Below are positions 37,701-45,906 of a DNA stretch of 64,000 nt, piece by piece. The translations under genes were made by a program, and so were the position numbers. The stretch's first letter is position 1, and every line of letters begins with the position of its first letter. Where the stretch lies: assembly GCA_965649765.1 (NCBI GenBank), contig OZ287761.1, forward strand, positions 21,452,001 to 21,516,000. The letters are read 5' to 3'. The notes beneath the pieces are model-generated. The model searched no databases. It worked only from the letters and a program-made list of their open reading frames with translations, and was not told the DNA's origin. The stretch comes from Bispira polyomma. Its lineage: Eukaryota.

Positions 37701-40700
37701 TAAGTGATCAGCACTAAAGGTTGTATCATCAACAATAGTCATACATTGTATTTAAATTCCTATGATAGAGTACAACCTCTAGTATCCAAACATATTGGGA
37801 GAGCAAGAACTTGCTTGGATAATAAATATGACAAACATGTAATTATAGTAAAAAGGAATACCCTTTATTTAAAAAAATTTTATTTTGTTTTATACAGAAA
37901 TGCTTTTTCTATTTTATACACCTTTCAGTATCCTGCTGAAACTATTCTCCAAATAAACTAAAGCTAAAACTTATACTCAACTCAAATTTGGAATCACTAT
38001 ATTTCTGATTAAAATTTACCCTGTTAAGTAGAACAAATTTCGTTACGGTCTCTTCAGATTTAACTTATAACACAGGGTTAATACACTGTAATTTATTTCT
38101 AGGCCCAAACCGCCCAGTGAACAGCCGCCCGTAGTGACACAACCCCCTGGCGACGGTGTGACGCCAAAGGTCGACCCGCCCATAGTTGATCCGCCTGTAG
38201 TGGATCCACCCGTGGACATCCCCGTACCCCCGGATCATGGTGGGGGTGGGGTAGCTTGGGCGCCCGTCTATGCGGGGCCTGGGGCTCCGGGAGGAGGAAA
38301 TGGAGGCGGTGGAGGGGGAACAGGAGGCGGAAACGGAGGCGGAAATGAGGGAGACCCTATAATAATCATCGGCGGGGATGGAGATGGACGTCAGCCGGAC
38401 GGAATCGCCGTGGCGATGGATCCAGGAGGCGGTGGGGTGGCTCTGTGGGACGGCGGTCAGCCCGGATCGGTGCCGGGGTCGGTTGGTGGGCCTGTGGTAG
38501 GAGCTCAGGTAGGGGCCCCTATAGTAGGAGGAGAGGGAGGATCTAGGGCCGCTGGAGTGGCGGGGGCTTTTATAGGAGTGCTGGTGGCGGCCAGTTCTAT
38601 CATGTGGGCCGTGTACAAGTTTAAGCCGGGTCTCCTTGGAGGAGCAGGAGCGGGAGCGGGCAAAGGAGGGGGTGGAGCCATGAATATCTCATCGCCGTCG
38701 AGTTACAAACTTCTCAAACCCGCGGCTGGTGGTGGCGGAGGTGGCCCGGGCGTGGGCTATACCTACACTGCCGCAGGTGGTGGTAGCGTGGTCGCCATGG
38801 ATATGAATGGCGCACCGCCCAGAGGTGGAGGTGCCTACGCCAAATCCATGTCCTCCTTCGGCACCCAGACGATGCTCGCAGGCGGTGCCTTAAACTCCAA
38901 CGAGTTTGCCAGCACATCCGGCGCTTCGATGAGCGGGATCGCAGGCGTCATCGCTGGCGGTGGGGCTGTTACCAGGGCAACCCAGACGAACCTGTCGGCG
39001 TTCAGCGGAGCTGGAGGCTACGGCTTGGCCAATGCAAATACATCATTATCTGCCAGCTCCATGAACGGCTATTCACATTTCGGGGACAACGCTGCTGCCA
39101 CCTCTACCCTGATGAAGGAATCCTACCACAAGTCCTACTACGAGTCGACCGTGGACGGGAACGTCTACTCGGCGGGCCGTGTAACTTCCGTCGCCAAGGA
39201 CCCAGCACCTGTGGGCTTGACGGAGATCGCGACCCAGACAGTGAGCAATGCGGGTACGCAGACGTTCGACGCAGACGAGGCCGCTTCGGTGACAGGATTA
39301 GGAGGAGGAGGAATGTACTCATCGGGTGGAAGTTACGTGGAGACCGGCTCTCAATATGGCGGTGGTGGTGCTTACAGCCAGACTCTGCCCCACGGTGGAG
39401 GGGGAGGAGGCATGCAACAGCAGAGTTACTACAAGGAGTCGGTATCTACCGTCAACCAGATGAATACTCTACCAGTCTTGCGTCAACAGCCGCAGCTACC
39501 ACCGCAACAACAGCTGCAGCCTGCATATCCACAGGTAGGGGGGTGTTCAGAGAATCTGTACTTAAAAATGGTTTATTATTTATTTGTTGTATAAGCGTTG
39601 TCCTAAGGTGAAATAGGTGTCGTGTATAACATTGATATACTGTTAGTATTTCACACCGATATTCGCACCCAAAAGTCCAAATAATAAATTCAGTGAGAAA
39701 CCTCTATGATCTGAAACATGTTGGGAGAGCAATATTTTGTTCAGATAATAGAATGTCTGTAAAATTGAAGAGGCATTTTAGTTTCAGGGTTTCAGAAAAA
39801 GGCTCAAAACACATTTGTATCAGCTCTCTTTTCCACCTTATCATGCCATCTGATGGTCACGACTGAATCTCCGATCACGAACCTTTACCGTCTACCGGAC
39901 TATGCTCTTGCACACTGACTAGGATATGCGTCATCGATTGTGGCGCTATAAAAGTAAAAACATTAATATTATCAACCAATAGGAAAATGAAAATTTGGGA
40001 AAGTGAAACTGTGTTCGTAAAATCGAATATTTGTATCATGGAGTTCTGCATTGTTAAAAAATTTACCTACTATATGTACTGTACGTGGTTAACGCACTAG
40101 CCTCTCACCTCTAGGGATGTAGGTTCAAAACTTTGCCACAGCTTTATGTGGGAAAGTTGGCAGTTACTTGCTGATGCACTGCTTTCCACCGACCAGTAAA
40201 GTAATGTGTTGTAAGCGACATTAAAACCCCAATCAATCAATCAATGTACCTATTGTTACACCCTTATTTTCCACAGGCAGCGTATGCTGATTCCGGCTAC
40301 CGTGCTGCGATGCAGAACCTGCACATGAATGCCACCAACCTGTTTGGTGCTCAGAGCGCCGAGAACCAGGCCGCGGGATTGATGATGACTTCAGAGGAGA
40401 TACGGGTGGACTGCGCCATGTTGACACAGAATGGGCGCTACGTGGTGACGGGATCCATCTACGGACCCCCACAGATCTGGGACATGAAGGTAAGAAGGGC
40501 ATGTCCAAACCAACACCAATCAGCAGCAGTTAATGTTATCCAAACGATCTCTAGCTCAAACTGAAAGTACACAAGATCTCGGGCTTGAATATGGTCAAGT
40601 TAAAATCTGGCTTCATACACTCCAACCCATTCATGTAGAACTCTGATAAGTAGAATTACCTCTTACTTAAAAGTTATTCTAAAGTCTGATTGCTATATTT

Positions 40701-43700
40701 TGAATTAAAAATTTACTCTGTTAAGTAGGATTCCTGTTGAATAGAACAAATTTTTATGGTCCCTTCAGATTCGACTTAACAGGATGCCACTGTATTTGAA
40801 TTCAGTGAACGGTAACGGAGAACTGTATGTGTATATAACATGTGCAAGGGTCTACATGTAGTCTCCATTGAAGTTAAGTCTGGGTTTAAGTCTCTTTGGA
40901 GAATAACCCGCCCCAGATTCCTATTTTCAAAGCATTTAGTTAAAAAATTTTTAAACACTTCTTTGGAAAATGTAGACTCAATAAGTAATACGTTAGTATG
41001 AATTAATACATTCACCCTTATCAAACTGGGTACCCTGGTCTATTTTTGATGAATTGCTGTATAGTCCCTGGCAGTCGGGGGCCATTCTTTAATTTTGATG
41101 AATGACTATATTTTCTCATCACAGATGAATTACTGTATTTTCTCATCACAGATGAATTACTGTATTTTCTCATCACAGATGAATTACTATATTTTCTCAT
41201 CACAGATGAATTACTGTATTTTCTCATCACAGATGAATTACTGTATTTTCTCATCACAGATGAATTACTGTATTTTCTCTTCACAGATGAATTACTATAT
41301 TTTCTCATCACAGATGAATTACTATATTTTCTCATCACAGATGAATTACTGTATTTTCCATCACAGACCCATGTGCCCATATGTAATTTGTTCTAATGAA
41401 TTACTGTATTCTCTCTTACAGACGGGTGCCCTTGTGCGTCTGATGGAGGGAGATGACATGAGTTCCACTGACCTTCACCTTGCCTGTAATGACAGCCTCC
41501 TGGTCGGTCAAGTGGCGGAGATGACCCAGGTCAACCAGCGGGACATGGCCCGAGGCATTCACCACAGGAAGCTACAGGTGAGTAGTAGCTTTTGTGTGTG
41601 TCTTTGGTCTGGTTTTTAATTGGAATATTTAACTTCCACTTTAGTACTGTTTAGGTTATATTGGGACGGGTAGTTGGAAACGCTGGAGGAAACACTGCAT
41701 ATAGTTGATCAAGGTTCTGCAGTGAAACCAGCGGCCCACAGTGTTGAACTACCACCTTTCCCACATAGGCATCGACGGGAGTCAAACTCACGCTGCCCAG
41801 AGGTGAGAGACCAGTGATTGTGAAGCGCAATGCTTGCTAACCACTAGGCCACTGCGGCCCCGTCTTTGGTCTGATAATCAGTGTTTAATTGATGTACAAA
41901 CAAATTATACCAGAAGAGTAATTTCTGACACTGAATAATGTAATATGGGCGTATTTTCAATATACAGTTTTATAGTAGGGCGAGGTCTTAAACAAGACTG
42001 TAAAACTTGTACAAACCCCCATTTTTTTGTGCTCCAGTTTATGTCTTACTATCAAGGGTGTGTGTTATAACTGTGTAAAATTTTTATGAAGGAATTTGAT
42101 TGGCTGGTCAAATTGCCACAAAGCAAATTGATTAGCTAAAAATACGAAAATTCTAAAAAATGCCCACGCTGATAGGTTTTCTTGCAGTCGTACTTTCACT
42201 GTTTTCTCTCTCCCTGTATTTTTTTTCACCCCTCAGATCTGGGACTTTGACACGGGCACCCCTCTGTACATTACGTCTTTAGCTCATAGTTTTCTCCTAG
42301 GTATTCTCACCGTTTTCTTTCTGCCTGTATTTTTCAGATCTGGGACTGTCCCCCACCTCCTTCTCCCAGCTGGACATGGCCCACAGCTCATAGTTTTCTC
42401 CCAGTCATTCTCTCTGTTCTCTTTCTGCCTTTATTTTTCAGATCTGGGACTGTCCCCCCTCTCCCGGACATGGCCCACAGCTCATAGTTTTCTCCCAGTC
42501 ATTCTCTGTGTATATGGCCCCAGGTATTCTCACTGTGTTGTGTCTTTCTATATTTTTCCTTAGATCTGGGACTTTGACACGGGCGCCCCACTGGACATGC
42601 ACAACAGCGAGTCCTGCACGGCCAGCGCCATGATGAACGACGGTACGCGCATCGTGCTGGGCCGCACAGAGAAGTACGGCAACAGCACCACCATTGTGAT
42701 CTGGGACCTGCTGGGCAACCAGCCTCTCCGCCGGATCCACTACGAGGGCTCCATAGGGTTCGCCGACTACATCAGCATGCTGAAACTGTCGCTGGACAAC
42801 CGCTACGTGATCGCCGGCTTCCAGAACTCCTACGACGGAAAGGCCAACTACCTGATCTTCGACCTCACAGTGGACGACTACACGAGCCACGACCCCAAGA
42901 TTCTATCGCTGGACGCTGTCGCCGAATGCTCCGCCATCTTGGATAACCACGAGGTCGTCACGGGCACGAGGGCCGGTCAACTGACCATCTGGAGCGCCCG
43001 CACGGGCAAGGCCCTGCGTCAACTGGTGTCCCCGGCCCAGCTACCGCTTGGAGGAGGAGCGGCTTCCTTAGGTAGGCCCATGGCGAGGTCGGCCCACACG
43101 CGAGAGGTAAAGGCCGTGGAGCTGTCACATGATCGCCGACTGCTGGTGTCGGTGTCTGCGGACCACACGGTGAAGGTGTGGAACCTGGAGAATGAGCGGC
43201 TGATGTTTACACTGAAGGGACACACTGATGAGGTAAGGGTTATTGGAGAAAGTGTGCACATGTGGTAAAGAATGGATTGTAGGGCGGCAATTAGTAGCCA
43301 TTTTTGTACAAAAATAGCCAGAATTTGAATGATTTTTTGTTTAAAGTTACAAAAAAATATTCATTTGAGGTCAATGTTATGACAATATTTGAAAAACTGT
43401 GAATAGCAAATAAAAAAAAAGTACTCTTTTTCCTAATTGTGTACTCTGAATAGTTCATCGCTCTATTCTTTAATCAGTACTCGATTAATCTTTACAGCTT
43501 TAATGGATTGCACATAATTATTGCTGTGTAAGATAATTTCATTTTTGTTCCTGACGATTTTCAATCCTAGTTCGTCAATCTTTGACTAAAAATACTTTCT
43601 TTAGCAGAAAAATAGCCAATAATAAAAATTTATTTCAGTGAATCTCTCAAAAGTTTTTTTCAAGTACCTGCTTCAAAATTACCGGCCTCTCCACCAAATG

Positions 43701-44205
43701 TCAGTTTAAATTTCAGTTTGTTCCTTTGTGTGAGGAAAGTTTTTGAGAATAATGAAAGTGACATTAAATTCCAAACCTGAGATAATCTAACTTTTAGGGC
43801 ACTTCTCTCCCTGCTAGCAGATTCTAAGTTGTATATGAGGCGGAAAAGGAGCCACAGCAAATTCTATATTGTATTTGTGGTTTTTCCTACACTCAGGTTC
43901 TGTGCTGCACTATTTCCAACGATGACGAGATTCTGGTGACTGGCGGCAAGGACGGCTCCATCCGCCTGTGGCGCCTGCAGACTGGTCAGCACGTCTGTAG
44001 CTTCAACACGGGCGTAGACATCTTCACGGTCAAGATGAGCTCTGACCGCCGCACCGTGGTCGCCCTGGGTGACCGGGAGGGGGCCCGCAAACTCATCATG
44101 TTACGAGTGGTTGTCACAAAGGTGAAGAGTCGGGCGGGAAGTAGGGCCACCTCACCCACCAGTCTACAGTCTACTGACGGAGGATATCACTACTCCCCAT
44201 ACTGA
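4699..44205 (+). CDS. 5'-incomplete 26-exon gene: ConA/LamG-like modules + alpha-neurexin-like ectodomain (5 LNS, 2 EGF) + TM + low-complexity tail + WD40 repeats, ~2170 aa
   Basis: join(4699..4769,19538..20164,22278..22413,23110..23218,24255..24380,25179..25322,25622..25785,26272..26508,26976..27191,28136..28296,28748..28965,29347..29455,30012..30172,31380..31545,31898..32052,32789..33050,33859..33978,34916..35094,35681..35852,36342..36440,37244..37355,38103..39534,40277..40489,41422..41577,42564..43232,43897..44205). All introns GT-AG, all phases compatible, no internal stop, exons much more GC-rich than introns. Confidence 0.85.
6609..6870. repeat. Tandem repeat, ~76 bp x ~3.5
   Basis: CTATATAATGC recurs at 6609, 6685, 6761 and ~6835. 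Confidence 0.85.
8420..9135 (+). mobile_element. Two SINE family 3 copies (8420..8635 and 8915..9135)
   Basis: shared head CTTCACAATCACTG...GGGTTCGAAT and shared body with the 2705 copy. Confidence 0.75.
9252..10458 (+). mobile_element. Non-autonomous PIF/Harbinger-like DNA transposon carrying a MADF exon
   Basis: TIRs AGGTCCAGACACACAGA.CCGCATCCGGATC / GATCCGGATGCGGGTCTGTGTGTCTGGACCT; flanks TAA and TTA; inserted into a CTTATACTTAGAATAAG MITE. Confidence 0.8.
9494..9662 (+). pseudogene. MADF (Myb/SANT-like) DNA-binding domain exon of the Harbinger-like element
   Basis: LIEEVCAYPSLFDKATREYRDKVKNEGISKGIAEKL matches the MADF pattern; the usual Trp positions appear substituted. Confidence 0.7.
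10480..10910. repeat. AT-rich foldback/palindromic MITE complex
   Basis: 10480-10590 is an imperfect reverse complement of 10757-10910 (TTCACTAAAGTTCTTATACT...AGTATGAGAACTTTAGTGAA); internal repeats of CTTATACTTAGAATAAGAATCATT. Confidence 0.75.
11485..11675. mobile_element. MITE family B, Tc1/mariner-type (TIR CAGTAGAACCTCTATTATCC, TA flanks)
   Basis: TA|CAGTAGAACC...GGTCTACTG|TA; other copies at 21555..21750, 34485..34693, ~46660..46840. Confidence 0.8.
11808..12047. mobile_element. MITE family A (TIR AGTAAGGAATCTAAAATTCGCCACTGTATCTGAAATTCGCC)
   Basis: ~40 bp TIRs; other copies at 13447..13684, 20358..20584, 32083..32305, ~36060..36248 (partial), 48038..48274. Confidence 0.85.
13957..14193. 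mobile_element. MITE family C (TIR GGGCCCGTATTCTCGAACGTATACTCAGCTTAAACTC)
   Basis: near-perfect ~38 bp TIRs; copies at 45666..45906 and a degraded one at ~18600..18830. Confidence 0.85.
14291..14613. repeat. Degenerate tandem repeat, ~60-65 bp x ~5
   Basis: recurring AGCCAGGACAAATTAATGCATTGAAC...AACCAAAA...AAACTCAATTTAT. Confidence 0.8.
17197..17463 (-). mobile_element. tRNA-derived SINE, young family 1
   Basis: A box TGGCCTAGTGG, B box GTTCGAATCC, poly(A) tail, 13-bp TSD TTGTGAATGTCTT at 17184-17196 and 17464-17476. Confidence 0.92.
19538..20164 (+). CDS. Exon 2: ConA-like/pentraxin-type LamG domain
   Basis: cacacag acceptor, CCGG|gtaaga donor; GAINGAVYLNGRAQYV..CNGNIGQCTRGLTF..WSQFDLSW...GLRIFVND...FYLGR...FDDVQIW. 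Confidence 0.88.
20358..20584. mobile_element. MITE family A copy
   Basis: same TIRs and internal sequence as 11808..12047. Confidence 0.85.
21555..21750. mobile_element. MITE family B copy
   Basis: GAGTAGAACCTCTATTATCC...GGATAACAGAGGTTCTACTG with TA flanks. Confidence 0.8.
22278..22413 (+). CDS. Exon 3: Pro/Thr linker and start of LNS domain
   Basis: EEPTVTPPPVTPRPTVPPVRPQTKYILLNGKYWITYNFPDQDIYD; ctaacag acceptor (NAGNAG), gtgagt donor. Confidence 0.85.
23110..23218 (+). CDS. Exon 4: LNS (laminin G) domain part
   Basis: DNPRREEIQFQFRTNRTTGMLWYSGDEQRSAHLGLK, with the LNS-type FRT..GML motif. Confidence 0.88.
23219..23880. repeat. 45-bp minisatellite x ~14.5 starting at the exon 4 donor
   Basis: unit GGTAAAAACCTCTATTATACAAACTTCTGGTATATCTGGTAAACA. 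Confidence 0.95.
24099..24190. repeat. Perfect 33-bp inverted repeat with 26-nt loop, formed from two LINE/SINE 3' ends
   Basis: CTTATTGATGCGAGGCATCTTCTAAAGCACAAC / GTTGTGCTTTAGAAGATGCCTCGCATCAATAAG. Confidence 0.9.
24255..24380 (+). CDS. Exon 5: LNS domain part
   Basis: NGDLLFVIEE...LTDNEWHNVIIKRNRGQ, with the D.EWH.V motif. Confidence 0.9.
25179..25322 (+). CDS. Exon 6: LNS domain part
   Basis: VTFDIDG...PFHLGGS...NFVGNLTE. Confidence 0.9.
25622..25785 (+). CDS. Exon 7: LNS-LNS junction
   Basis: VKVITGGTDIDLV...VTFRSPDGFIILP; resembles the neurexin LNS3 start (TF.TPE.FI.LP.W). Confidence 0.88.
26272..26508 (+). CDS. Exon 8: neurexin LNS3-like
   Basis: WSFLRSGSLEMKFRTHEPNALMLYNGG...DFIAIEMYDGIPYLVINLG...LNDGQEHH. 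Confidence 0.92.
26976..27191 (+). CDS. Exon 9: LNS C-terminal part
   Basis: PYTIPGSSSSLDLGTKLYIGG...LPWHLWS...FVGCLWDVKVN. Confidence 0.92.
28136..28296 (+). CDS. Exon 10: EGF-like domain
   Basis: CPSKPCTHGMCHETWRGYECDCTDTPYMGKDC, six-Cys neurexin-type EGF. Confidence 0.93.
28748..28965 (+). CDS. Exon 11: LNS4-like
   Basis: HTNDISLRFKTFKKDGLLFKTS...DTLQLSLENGKGRL. Confidence 0.92.
29347..29455 (+). CDS. Exon 12: LNS part
   Basis: TMYFCDKLNNNEWHTLYVKRRADHLEAWVDNCPKST. Confidence 0.9.
30012..30172 (+). CDS. Exon 13: LNS end
   Basis: TLDVDNIVV...FVGTMQNFYFNKNNLFE. Confidence 0.88.
30254..30645 (+). mobile_element. SINE-like element with a tandemly amplified tRNA-like head (47 bp x 4) and a LINE-like tail
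   Basis: unit GGTGATCAGAAGGTCCCTGGTTCAACTCCCAGTGGGCGAGTTGGTCT at 30254, 30301, 30348, 30395; tail AGAAGATGCCTT...AATACAACACAAT. Confidence 0.7.
31380..31545 (+). CDS. Exon 14: LNS5-like start
   Basis: KVTYRSNANNYVVLDPLQMVSGLDMAMMFKTRHPDGILFFNEGK. Confidence 0.9.
31898..32052 (+). CDS. Exon 15: LNS part
   Basis: GDYITAYLSDGHLFFV...VNDNKWHQIRI. Confidence 0.9.
32083..32305. mobile_element. MITE family A copy
   Basis: AGTAAGGAATCTAGAATTCGCC...GGCAAATTTTAGATTCCTTACT. Confidence 0.85.
32789..33050 (+). CDS. Exon 16: LNS end
   Basis: LDLTDPLYIGGLEEDMYRTLPNLVSSRKSYSGCLAT...ITQGC. Confidence 0.92.
33859..33978 (+). CDS. Exon 17: EGF-like domain
   Basis: CKAAPCSHFGRCVEMLNGYRCDCNMTSFIGSVCDE, neurexin EGF3-like CDC.MTSF.G..C. 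Confidence 0.93.
34485..34693. mobile_element. MITE family B copy with internal 15-bp array (CCCTCTATTATCCGA x ~8, 34493..34610)
   Basis: TIR subrepeat amplified in tandem. Confidence 0.8.
34916..35094 (+). CDS. Exon 18: LNS6-like start
   Basis: DTSRDELAFGFMTWQPNGTLVRVDSGISADYIDARL. Confidence 0.92.
35681..35852 (+). CDS. Exon 19: LNS6-like
   Basis: YNDGDYHYVTFVRDGKTATVRVDDYP. Confidence 0.92.
36342..36440 (+). CDS. Exon 20: LNS6-like
   Basis: NNVLFSDLAVIRAGG...NPFDGIIS. Confidence 0.87.
37244..37355 (+). CDS. Exon 21: LNS6 end
   Basis: GLFFNGTRFIDMG...IVTGGDI. Confidence 0.87.
38103..39534 (+). CDS. Exon 22: Pro-rich and Gly-rich stalk, TM helix (38548..38616), Gly/Ser/Gln-rich cytoplasmic region
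   Basis: 1432 nt GC-rich open exon; AAGVAGAFIGVLVAASSIMWAVY followed by KFK stop-transfer; CCACAG|gtaggg donor. Confidence 0.9.
40277..40489 (+). CDS. Exon 23: start of WD40 region
   Basis: VDCAMLTQNGRYVVTGSIYGPPQIWDMK. Confidence 0.9.
41098..41366. repeat. 27-bp minisatellite x 10 made of the exon 24 acceptor
   Basis: unit ATGAATTACTGTATTTTCTCATCACAG versus real acceptor ATGAATTACTGTATTCTCTCTTACAG. Confidence 0.95.
41422..41577 (+). CDS. Exon 24: WD40 region
   Basis: TGALVRLMEG...RKLQ, joining in frame to IWDF of the next exon. Confidence 0.88.
41612..41861 (-). mobile_element. tRNA-derived SINE, family 1
   Basis: 12-bp TSD GTCTTTGGTCTG at 41600-41611 and 41862-41873; high identity to the 17197 copy. 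Confidence 0.92.
42564..43232 (+). CDS. Exon 25: WD40 repeats
   Basis: IVIWDL, LTIWS, AHTREVKAVELSHDRRLLVSVSADHTVKVWNL, LKGHTDE. Confidence 0.93.
43897..44205 (+). CDS. Exon 26 (terminal): last WD40 repeats and stop
   Basis: VLCCTISNDDEILVTGGKDGSIRLWRL...YHYSPY* (TGA at 44203-44205). Confidence 0.92.
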   Translation, partial: VLCCTISNDDEILVTGGKDGSIRLWRLQTGQHVCSFNTGVDIFTVKMSSDRRTVVALGDREGARKLIMLRVVVTKVKSRAGSRATSPTSLQSTDGGYHYSPY

Positions 44206-44961
44206 GAAGAGAGGCAACGAGAACTACTTATTAAAAAAAAAAAAATTTAACCTCTCTTTCAGTTTCACACCCCTAATGTTGTATTATGATGACCAGTACA
44301 TAGGTGTTCTTACAATACAGATATAGGGTCGTAATAGCGTTCAACGTATATTTCATTTCTTGTCAACAACAAGAAATGGATTTTGTTCAAAATAAGATAA
44401 TGTATTCTATAGTTTATTTTTCAAATTCTTGAACTGGCTAATGTTTGCATTGTTAATTTATTTTAGTTCTTTTAACAACACACATGACATGAGGTATCAT
44501 GCCCTAATTGGTATTTTTATTAACACCCTGAGGCAAGATATTAGCCTGTATTTGCATGCAACAGACGACTGGTCGATTCTATCACAAATTTCTTTTTTAT
44601 GTGGCTAAGAAGAGAAAAAAAATTAATTGGTGTCAGCCAGAAAACAAAATGGGAAACCCATGATTTTTTTAAATGAAATATATAGTAATACAAAAAGACT
44701 TTGACACAGAGCTAAAAGTAAAAATGATATCTTGATATGCCAAAAAAAATACTGCCAATGTACAAGTGGTTTATGCGTAATAATTTTAGAATGGTCATTG
44801 ACTTCAAATGGTGTGTATGTTTTGTTCATCTTTGATGGTGTATATCGATTTTATATACATGTATATCTATATGCATCTAGTTAGATATCGTTGTTCAGTT
44901 AACGTTGTTGTTTTTCTTAACATAGATATTTCATACAGCTGTTGTGTTTACTCTTACAAAC

Positions 44962-45309
44962 TAGGGGTGGGTCGGTACTGGCCGGTATCCTGGAATCGAG
45001 GCAAAAATACTTGCCGAGAGAAAGTAAATATTGCTACCGGGGTTTGGATACCATATACTACATGATGTGGCGGGTAAAACCTTCAATTATGAAAACAGAT
45101 ACAATTTGTTCAGAAGAAAATATAACTCGTCATGCTACATTTCTTGCAGATTTATAACTTTTTATTTTTGCGATTTTATTGAGTGGAAACGTGTGTGTTT
45201 CGTTTGGCGAAACTCCACACTTCCTGTAAATAGGCTGCATTCGATTGGGAAGATACTAGGCACAATAAATTATGTTGACATAAAAAAAACTGGTACTGTC
45301 CCACCCCTG
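44962..45309. mobile_element. hAT-like MITE in the presumed 3' UTR
   Basis: TIR TAGGGGTGGGTCGGTAC / GTACTGTCCCACCCCTG; 8-bp TSD only partly conserved. Confidence 0.55.
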
Positions 45310-45665
45310 CATAAAACATGTCACTTGTTAAAATGAACAAAATACACCACAGTCTAATATATAGATATCTATATATAATTATCGCTCATTTATAACTGTG
45401 CTATGCAATACATACATGTAGATATATTATATAAGTGTAGTAAAATAGTTAGTTTACAAAGAATACTCATTTGTATATTCAATGCTTTGCAGCATGAAAA
45501 CGTTTATAGGAACTTGTGTATATATATATGTTCATGTCAAATATGCATATATTAAACTCCCATATATATCCATTCTAAGTTTAAATCAAGGCATGCTATT
45601 CTACGAAAGAAACTCGCTGCTCAAATTCAGACTCAAATTCAACTGAAGGCTGCATATGTGGAGGT

Positions 45666-45906
45666 CTGGGCCCATATTCGAACGTATACTCAGCTTAAAC
45701 TCATACTCAACTCAAATATAGGCCTTGTGGAAATCCTTGTACATGGAAATAACCAATACTTGTGACCATTCATTTTAATAGAGCTTTCAGCGCTGAACTC
45801 AAATATAGAGTCAGATCTGAGATATCTTTTCTGTATCCAGAGTTATAGAGAATCCAGATTTGAGTATGAGTTAAGGCTGAGTATACATTCGAGAATACCA
45901 ACCCAG
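45666..45906. mobile_element. MITE family C copy
   Basis: high identity to 13957..14193. Confidence 0.85.

Noticed and set aside
41021-41380. Minus-strand ORF with RKYSNSSVM repeats
   Set aside because: Antisense translation of the 27-bp acceptor array
42438-43261. Antisense ORFs over exon 25 (also over exons 2 and 22)
   Set aside because: Expected shadows of GC3-rich coding sequence
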